Source: Tubiluchus corallicola
Taxonomy: Eukaryota; Animalia; Priapulida
Length of the DNA stretch: 19,133 bases
Direction: 5' to 3'
NCBI GenBank assembly: GCA_030141605.1
Contig: JAQGDQ010001965.1
Location: 1-19,133, forward strand
The notes beneath the pieces were generated by a model that was not told where the DNA came from, searched no databases, and saw only the letters and a program-made list of their open reading frames with translations. The position numbers and the translations under genes were made by a program. This document shows positions 11,283-19,133 of this stretch, piece by piece. The number at the start of each line of letters is the position of its first letter. The first letter of the stretch is position 1.

Positions 11283-11560
11283 AATGGCAAAACATCCAAA
11301 CATTTTAAAATAAGAATTAGTGAACATTTGGGTATTTCATCTAGAACTGGCAAAAAAATAAAAAATTCTCCTCAATCCAGCATTAATGATCATATTTTTG
11401 TCTCTTGCCACAAAGCTAATTTGAATATTTCAGCATTGTGACCAGAGCTACAAATAACTGGGACTTATTAATAAAAGAAAGTTTATCTATTTACCCTAAT
11501 AAGCCTTTTATTAATGTACAAAGTAGTTCAATTCATTTAACATTATTTTCAAACACTTAA
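11283..11560 (+). pseudogene. PLE GIY-YIG endonuclease domain, 5'-truncated and frameshifted
   Basis: Translates NGKTSKHFKIRISEHLGISSRTGKKIKNSPQSSINDHIFVSCHKANL, then a frameshift at about 11425, then YFSIVTRATNNWDLLIKESLSIYPNKPFINVQSSSIHLTLFSNT*. The G-x-T, RxxEH, H, E and N motifs typical of PLE GIY-YIG domains are present; the GIY motif and YI are lost at the inversion junction. Confidence 0.88.
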
Positions 11561-11566
11561 CTATTT

Positions 11567-12604
11567 GTTACTGTATTAATTTCTTTTCTACAGGTCTACT
11601 TAATCATCACCTATTTTACTTTAGTAAATACATAATTAGTACATAAGTTACTGTATCAATTTCTTTTCTACTGGTCTGCTTAATCATCACCTATTTTACT
11701 TTAGTAAATACATAATTAGTGCATAAGTTACTGTATCAATTTCTTTTCTACTGGTCTGCTTAATCATCACCTATTTTACTTTAGTAAATACATAATTAGT
11801 TCATAAGTTACTGTATTAATTTCTTTTCTACAGGTCTGCTTAATCATCACCTATTTTACTTTAGTAAATACATAATTAGTTCTTAAGTTACTGTATTAAT
11901 TTCTTTTCTACAGGTCTGCTTAATCATCACCTATTTTACTTTAGTAAATACATAATTAGTTCTTAAGTTACTGTATCAATTTCTTTTCTACTGGTCTGCT
12001 TAATCATCACCTATTTTACTTTAGTAAATACATAATTAGTTCTTAAGTTACTGTATCAATTTCTTTTCTACTGGTCTGCTTAATCATCACCTATTTTACT
12101 TTAGTAAATACATAATTAGTTCTTAAGTTACTGTATCAATTTCTTTTCTACTGGTCTGCTTAATCATCACCTATTTTACTTTAGTAAATACATAATTAGT
12201 TCTTAAGTTACTGTATCAATTTCTTTTCTACTGGTCTGCTTAATCATCACCTATTTTACTTTAGTAAATACATAATTAGTGCTTAAGTTACTGTATCAAT
12301 TTCTTTTCTACAGGTCTGCTTAATCATCACCTATTTTACTTTAGTAAATACATAATTAGTTCTTAAGTTACTGTATTAATTTCTTTTCTACAGGTCTGCT
12401 TAATCATCACCTATTTTACTTTAGTAAATACATAATTAGTTCATAAGTTACTGTATTAATTTCTTTTCTACAGGTCTGCTTAATCATGACCTATTTTACT
12501 TTAGTAAATACATAATTAGTGCTTAAGTTACTGTATCAATTTCTTTACTGGTCTGTTTATTCATTACCTATTTGGCTTCTGTTAACTACTTAATTAGTGC
12601 ATAA
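11567..12604. repeat. 80-bp tandem array, 12 full units plus one diverged terminal unit
   Basis: ctgtat(c/t)aat recurs at 11571, 11651, 11731 ... 12531 with an exact 80-bp period. Units differ at only a few positions. Confidence 0.97.
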
Positions 12605-12656
12605 TGTTGTTTACTGTAGCCTCTGCCTATATAAACTGGTTGTATGTCTGTAAATT

Positions 12657-12700
12657 TGCCACTGACGAAGACAGCAGCACTTCTGTCGAAACGTTTGGCA
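12657..12700 (+). ncRNA. Hammerhead ribozyme motif (type I, minimal, PLE-associated), apparently intact
   Basis: Stem I TGCCA(12657-61)/TGGCA(12696-700); core CUGACGA(12662-68); extra A; stem II GACAG(12670-74)/CTGTC(12683-87); GAAA(12688-91); palindromic stem III region AACGTT; predicted GUU cleavage after 12695. Confidence 0.82.
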
Positions 12701-12891
12701 TGATTTGAACTTTTAACTTTGTAAAGCAGAAGTTATAATACGATCTTACGTAATCGTACATAAACGCATATATGGTTATTGAGTCAGTAAGGTGCATTAT
12801 GTTTTATACCATAATTTTACTTTTACCTGATTATTTTCAACGAAAAATAAAATTTTTATCAAAGTACTGCATTACCACTCATGTATATGTA

Positions 12892-12957
<66 letters not shown>

Positions 12958-13088
12958 TTGTTGTTGTTGTTGTTTATTACTATTACTATTACTATTACTA
13001 TTACTATTACTATTACTATTACTATTACTATTACTATTACTATTACTATTACTATTACTATTACTATTACTATTACTATTACTATTAC

Positions 13089-13169
<81 letters not shown>

Positions 13170-13180
13170 TACTATTACTA

Positions 13181-13268
<88 letters not shown>

Positions 13269-13660
13269 TACTATTACTATTACAATTACTATTATTATTA
13301 TTATTATTATTACTATTACTATTACTATTACTATTACTATTACTATTACTATTACTATTACTATTACTATTACTACTACTATTACTATTACTATTACTAT
13401 TACTATTACTATTACTATTACTATTACTATTACTATTACTATTACTATTACTATTACTATTACTATTACTATTACTATTACTATTACTATTACTATTACT
13501 ATTACTATTACTATTACTATTACTATTACTATTACTATTACTATTACTATTACTATTACTATTACTATTACTATTACTATTACTATTACTATTACTATTA
13601 CTATTACTATTACTATTACTATTACTATTACTATTACTATTACTATTACTATTACTATTA
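12892..13660. repeat. Compound (CTGTTG)/(ATT)/(ATTACT)n microsatellite
   Basis: Read directly from the sequence. Confidence 0.97.
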
Positions 13661-13963
13661 GTAGTAAGTAGAACAGTTATAAAGTAGCAAACTAAAATAC
13701 ATCAGTAAAACACTGGATACAATTCACATTTCTTACATTAAAAATACGATAAAATAGGAAAACGAATAAAACAGAAGAGATCATTGAACTAGGGTAATAA
13801 TGTTTTATAAAAATCTATTGTTCATTTGCAATATTGTAACAAACAAGTTTCGGCTGACACAGTGGATGAATGGACACTGTCATAGCTCTGAGTTCATTTC
13901 ATATTTTACAAATTCTGTTTGAAAAAGCATATTTACACCAGTTCAACTCGGTTTTAGAAGCAA

Positions 13964-14091
<128 letters not shown>

Positions 14092-14155
14092 TTTATGTGA
14101 AGTTTCCAACCAAAGACAAAACAAGTTCTATCCAAATTAGAAAATAGAATATTAG

Positions 14156-14476
14156 CAGGGCCTGGTTATACTATAGGCTAGTACAGGCTGCAGTCTAGGA
14201 CCTGTCAAGCTTTGGTAACATTTGGTAAAAAGTCTATTACTTTACTCGATTACTCGGTTGTGCTAAAATATGTACTAATTTATAAACTAATTTAGTTTAT
14301 AATAAACAGTGAAATAGTCATATTTCTTAAAAAGCATTTTTATTGACAAATAACAGATGACAATGCACATCTGTCTGTAAACCTTTCTTACTTTTGATGA
14401 CGTCACAAATTCAGGGCCTGGTTAAACTATAGGCTAGTATAGGCTGCAGTCTAGGACCTGTCAAGCTTTGGTAACA
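14156..14476 (+). repeat. 65-bp direct repeat pair (14156-14220 and 14412-14476)
   Basis: cagggcctggtta(t/a)actataggctagta(c/t)aggctgcagtctaggacctgtcaagctttggtaaca, with 2 mismatches between copies. Confidence 0.92.
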
Positions 14477-14746
14477 AAAGTCAACTATTATAGTTTAATG
14501 ACAGTAAGTTTACTTCAAGGTGTGTAAACGTTGCAAAAATAAATCACGAGTAAAAAATATTCAAGACGGGTGGGGGCGAGTTAAGTGGGTGGCCCTATCT
14601 AAGGGGGGGGGCATAATTTCGTTAGCCTGGGGCCATAAAAGGTCATAATTCGATGCTGTACAATGGACAGATAAAAAACGGGAAAGTTTTGCTTTCGTAA
14701 TTAAAATGATTTTGCTAAATTTTTTTCAGACTCTGGATTAAAAGAG

Positions 14747-14822
14747 ATGGGAAATCAGGTAGTGACGTCAGAGCTGATGTTTTTAGTCTCCATCTTACTG
14801 GCGGCTACGAAAGCTCAAAAGT
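14747..14822 (+). CDS. Putative first coding exon (signal peptide) of an unidentified secreted or membrane protein
   Basis: Acceptor tttttttcAG (14728-29); ATG 14747 in good context (GAGATGG); translates MGNQVVTSELMFLVSILLAATKAQK, with a hydrophobic core and T-K-A cleavage-like site; phase-1 donor GTGAGT at 14823. Confidence 0.65.
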
Positions 14823-15002
14823 GTGAGTAGTGCTACAATATAATTACGACTCCTAGATTTACATGTAAGCGGATTTAGATCTGCAATTAGAAACAATCGT
14901 AATGGTTCAATTTGTCGATTCTAATGCAAAAAAATGTTGGGTCTCTTGTAAATGCATCAAGTTGTAGATTTGTCATGACGTTTTCACCACCGCCAATCTT
15001 TT

Positions 15003-15205
15003 ATCACCACCATAATCATCATCATCATCACCACCATCATCAGCAGCATCAGCATCATCGCCATCATCATCAGCATCAGCATCATCGTCACCGTCATCAT
15101 CATCACCGTCATCATCACCATCATCATTATCATCGTCGTCATCATCACCACCATCATCAGCATCATCAGCATCAGCATCATTGTGATAATCATCAACATC
15201 ATCAT
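15003..15205. repeat. (CAT/CAC/CAG)n microsatellite
   Basis: Read directly from the sequence. Confidence 0.93.
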
Positions 15206-15345
15206 CGCCCGCCATTAAATAAGTTTTTAATCTATTATTTAATTACCAGAAACGCTTTTACGGTATTAACTTTTTTTAAATGATACTTTTTATCAGACTT
15301 GAAAATTGTGAATAATGTTCATGAATAATCATCCCGTCTTCCATT
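15205..15345 (+). repeat. Dispersed repeat, copy 2 (homologue at 8351-8487)
   Basis: Diverged copy of 8351-8487 in the same orientation; probably a transposon fragment. Confidence 0.8.
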
Positions 15346-15939
15346 AACCGGGCACTCGTGTAACCTGTGGTCTATTTTAATCCTATTAGCGGGGGGATAA
15401 GCCACTGACATAATAGCGTTTCCTGGATTGGCAGCTGTCCCTCAGTGGTAAATTTATTACTCTACGATTCTGCCTATCTACATCTCTATAGAAGTAACGG
15501 TTTTACACGACAACATTGACTTACAAATAGCATAGTCTCCGTCACCTAGTGCTGGATACGCCCCGATTGGCGAAGTGGTGTAGTAAATTGTTTTAACGCG
15601 ATAAGGAAATAGAAAATTCTTCATACTAATTGATATTTTACCCATCTAGAAGGCAAAATACGGGGCAACAAGACAATTTTTCGCAGTATCAACAGACCTA
15701 GCTTGTATTACACCAAATGAAAGGTCTGAAAGAGTCAAATTGAATGGTATAATATATGCAGATATTGGTTAACCTTTGACCCCACTAGGTGTAACATAGG
15801 GGTCGAGAAGAGCATTATCTGACCTGTGTCTGACCACGCCAGAAACATTGTCAACTATTATATCAATGGCTTTCCATTTGCAATCCAATATACAGTTTTA
15901 TCAATTATCATTTTTTACAATTATTTTAACTTAAAAATG

Positions 15940-16252
15940 TATTAGTTAATTTATTAATTACTAATGATCTTGGCTGCTATGTTTTATTTCTGCTTTCCAG
16001 TTATATACTTATATATATAAATAGAATATTATGTACTGTAGAATATTACTATATATGTTATAGTAATGCTATTACAATAATATATATAGTAATATATATA
16101 TATTATATATTACTTATATATATATATACTATTACTATATATATATATATATATATATACTATAGAATATTATATATGTATATATATATAACTAGAAAGA
16201 TGAAGTATAACATAGCAGCCAAGAACAATAGTAATTAATAAATAAATTAATA
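15940..16252. mobile_element. Diverged inverted repeat (about 70-bp arms) around an AT-microsatellite core; MITE-like
   Basis: tttattaattactaatgatcttggctgctatgttttatttctgctttccagttatata (to about 16007) pairs with tatataactagaaagatgaagtataacatagcagccaagaacaatagtaattaataaa (from about 16185). Confidence 0.7.
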
Positions 16253-16432
16253 AATTATATGTTTATATATATATATATATATATATATACTGAAAAAGTG
16301 TTGAAATAAATTATAATAAAAACTAGAATATTGATGACACTAACGAAATCTAAGTAGGCAATCCATCAACGTGTTTGAAATTTTTCAAACACTAAGAGAC
16401 TAACTAACGTAACAATTTTGCATTTTTTCCAG

Positions 16433-16492
16433 TATGTCAGCCTGTACCTGCAGAACCAAGTGCTACGAGCTTGAGAGCTACATTTAACGAAA
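16433..16492 (+). CDS. Putative second coding exon (60 bp, phase 1-1) of the same gene
   Basis: Branch-like actaactaac (16399-16408), acceptor cattttttccAG (16431-32) and donor GTAAGT (16493). The only open frame is the one required by the upstream phase-1 donor: (L)CQPVPAEPSATSLRATFNE. Confidence 0.62.
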
Positions 16493-16672
16493 GTAAGTCA
16501 AAGATACAAATTAAAATGCTTAACTGTGGTATTTTATCTACAAGCCACTGCAAATAACGCAATTACAAGTTTAATTGTTCTGCCTGATTAACTTGCTCGC
16601 TATTGATAAACTTTACTTGCTACACAATGTTCGTTAATTTTGTTATAATGAGTATTTGCAAGTGAAAACAGC

Positions 16673-17372
16673 CAACGCCCAATACGGTAGCGTGATGTTA
16701 GAAGGTACAGCAGGACGGTGAACATAGTAGCTGCGTGTCACAATCACCATGACAACCCATTGTTCTAGCTAAGCAGTGGTCTGCTGCTGGGTGAAATTTT
16801 ACACAATTTTTTGCAAGTATCATTAGGGCACAAAAAGTTTATGTCCTGCATTTGCATAAATAACATGTTGTATATTTCATTAGCCATCTGAATATGTTAA
16901 ATGTTTAGCTGTTAAGACGGGTTCAGATGCTCTATAATGATCACATTTTTGTTTAAAGATCATTTTTGAGTTTTCAATGAATTTATTAAGCGTTTTATGC
17001 TGTTTTGTTCAGTAAACGAAGCGTTTTTCATGGGACTTTTCTCAAGGAGTTAAATTATTTGCCTACTTAAACAAAAACAGCTAAACATTTAACATCTTCA
17101 AATAGCTAATGAAATATACAACATGTTATTTATGCAAATGCAGGACATAAACTTTTTGTGCCCTAATGATACTTGCAAAAAATTGTGTAAAATTTCACGC
17201 AGCACCAGGCCACAGCTTAACTGGAACAATGGGTTGTCATGATGATTGTGACACCCAGCAGCAGACCACAGCTTAGCTGGAACAATCAGTTGTCATGGTG
17301 ATTGTAACGCGCAGCTACTATGTTCACTGTCCTGCCGTACTTTCTAACATCACGCTGCCGTATTGGGCGTTG
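16673..17372. mobile_element. Fold-back / MITE-like element with about 240-bp inverted arms
   Basis: 16673-16913 is the reverse complement of 17076-17372 (termini caacgcccaatacgg ... ccgtattgggcgttg). The right arm has a 56-bp tandem duplication (17196-17251 and 17252-17307). No coding capacity and no clear target-site duplication. Confidence 0.88.
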
Positions 17373-17714
17373 CTAAAGTTGGTGTTACTATGGTGATTGA
17401 GCAACTTTTTGTCTGCCATCTAGGGGCGAGTTAAAAATACAATAAAGTGTGTAATTGCAGTATTTGCCTCGAAGAAAGCTGTATAAAAGCATTTTTTAAA
17501 TATAGGTTTTTTTCGAAAAAAAAACTTTTGCCCGTTAAAATATTTTTTCTTAATGGTGTGACGACTAAATCAAAGCAAAGCAATTAACAGGTGCAATAAA
17601 CCAGCCAGAGTTAACGTAAAGCCTCATGCAGTTGTTTGTTTATCCACATTAAGTACTTATCAGCTTTAGTATTTATTATTGATCTGTGTGATATTTAAAT
17701 TACGCGATTATGTA

Positions 17715-18103
17715 TTGTTGTTGTTGTTTTTGTTATTATTGTTTTATTATTATTATTATTGTTGTTGTTGTTGTTGTTGATTATGTTGTTGTTATTGTTA
17801 TTGTTATTGTTATTGTTATTGTTATTCTTATTCTTATTCTTGTTCTTGTTCTTGTTCTTGTTCTTTGTTCTGTTCTTGTTCTTGTTCTTGTTCTTGTTCT
17901 TGTTCTTGTTCTTGTTCTTGTTCTTGTTCTTGTTCTTGTTCTTGTTCTTGTTCTTGTTCTTGTTCTTGTTCTTGTTCTTGTTCTTGTTCTTGTTCTTGTT
18001 CTTGTTCTTGTTCTTGTTCTTGTTCTTGTTCTTGTTCTTGTTCTTGTTCTTGTTCTTGTTCTTGTTCTTGTTCTTGTTCTTGTTCTTGTTCTTGTTCTTG
18101 TTC

Positions 18104-18168
<65 letters not shown>

Positions 18169-18644
18169 CTTGTTCTTGTTCTTGTTCTTGTTCTTGTTCC
18201 TGTTCTTGTTCTTGTTCTTGTTCTTGTTCTTGTTCTTATTCTTATTCTTATTCTTATTCTTATTCTTATTCTTATTTATTTATTCTTATTCTTATTCTTA
18301 TTCTTATTCTTATTCTTATTCTTATTCTTATTCTTATTCTTATTCTTATTCTTGTTATTCTTATTCTTATTCTTATTCTTATTCTTATTCTTATTCTTAT
18401 TCTTATTCTTATTCTTATTCTTATTCTTATTCTTATTCTTATTCTTATTCTTATTCTTATTCTTATTCTTATTCTTATTCTTATTCTTATTCTTATTCTT
18501 ATTCTTATTGTCTTATTCTTATTGTTATTGTTATTGTTATTGTTATTGTTATTGTTATTGTTATTGTTATTGTTATTGTTATTGTTATTGTTATTGTTAT
18601 TGTTATTGTTATTGTTATTGTTATTGTTATTATTATTATTATTG

Positions 18645-18682
<38 letters not shown>

Positions 18683-18838
18683 GTTGTTGTTGTTGTTATT
18701 ATTATTATCATTATTATTATTATTATTATATTTATTGTTATTATTATTATAATATTATTACTATTACTATTACTATTACTATTACTATTACTATTACAAT
18801 TACTATTAATTTTGGTAGTACTATTACTATTACTATTA

Positions 18839-18912
<74 letters not shown>

Positions 18913-19133
18913 ATTGCTATTGCTATTGCTATTGCTATTGCTATTGCTATTGCTATTGCTATTGCTATTGCTATGCTACTATTACTATTACTATTACTAT
19001 TACTATTACTATTACTATTACTATTACTATTACTATTACTATTACTATTACTATTACTATATTACTATTACTATTACTATAACTACTACTACTACTACTA
19101 TTACTACTACTATTACTATTACATTATTATTAT
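17715..19133. repeat. ~1.4-kb compound tri/hexanucleotide microsatellite
   Basis: Successive blocks of TTG, TTATTG, TTCTTG, TTCTTA, TTA, ATTACT, GTTGCT and ATTGCT. Confidence 0.97.

Larger units (their letters stand above)
11127..12738 (+). mobile_element. 5'-truncated Penelope-like retroelement with an inverted pseudo-LTR, GIY-YIG remnant, internal 80-bp tandem array and hammerhead motifs at both ends
   Basis: 11127-11274 is the diverged reverse complement of 12579-12738. GIY-YIG-like coding remnant at 11283-11560. Hammerhead cores at 11166-11208 (-) and 12657-12700 (+). No reverse-transcriptase sequence is present. Confidence 0.9.

Noticed and set aside
11567-12604. CRISPR-like array
   Set aside because: Head-to-tail 80-bp units with no unique spacers, no cas genes and a eukaryotic context.
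13843-13895. Minus-strand hairpin followed by CGAAAC, resembling a hammerhead 3' half
   Set aside because: No CUGANGA box upstream of the hairpin.

Overview
AT-rich, microsatellite-dense eukaryotic (probably animal) genomic DNA; the organism cannot be determined. Most ORFs in the supplied track are simple-repeat artefacts. Supported content: (1) the last two coding exons of a + strand astacin-family (M12A) zinc metalloprotease, 707-885 and 3071-3288, which splice in frame and carry the HExxHxxGxxH zinc motif and the SIMHY Met-turn. (2) Two small + strand exons missed by the ORF track, 14730-14822 and 16433-16492, which splice in frame into a signal-peptide-bearing N-terminus of a second gene. 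(3) At least two 5'-truncated, fold-back copies of one Penelope-like retroelement (PLE) family, at about 3405-4062 (plus a detached end at 5747-5835) and 11127-12738. They carry GIY-YIG endonuclease remnants and minimal type-I hammerhead-ribozyme motifs, with one apparently intact at 12657-12700. An 80-bp unit in the element's 3' region occurs 1, 2 and about 13 times in the different arms. (4) A 31/31/29-bp higher-order minisatellite, two MITE-like fold-back elements, several short dispersed or direct repeats and many compound microsatellites. (5) A GC-rich exon-like block on the - strand at 7506-7891 with no recognisable product. The PLE-hammerhead association is already known; the local fold-back plus satellite arrangement is the most unusual feature here.
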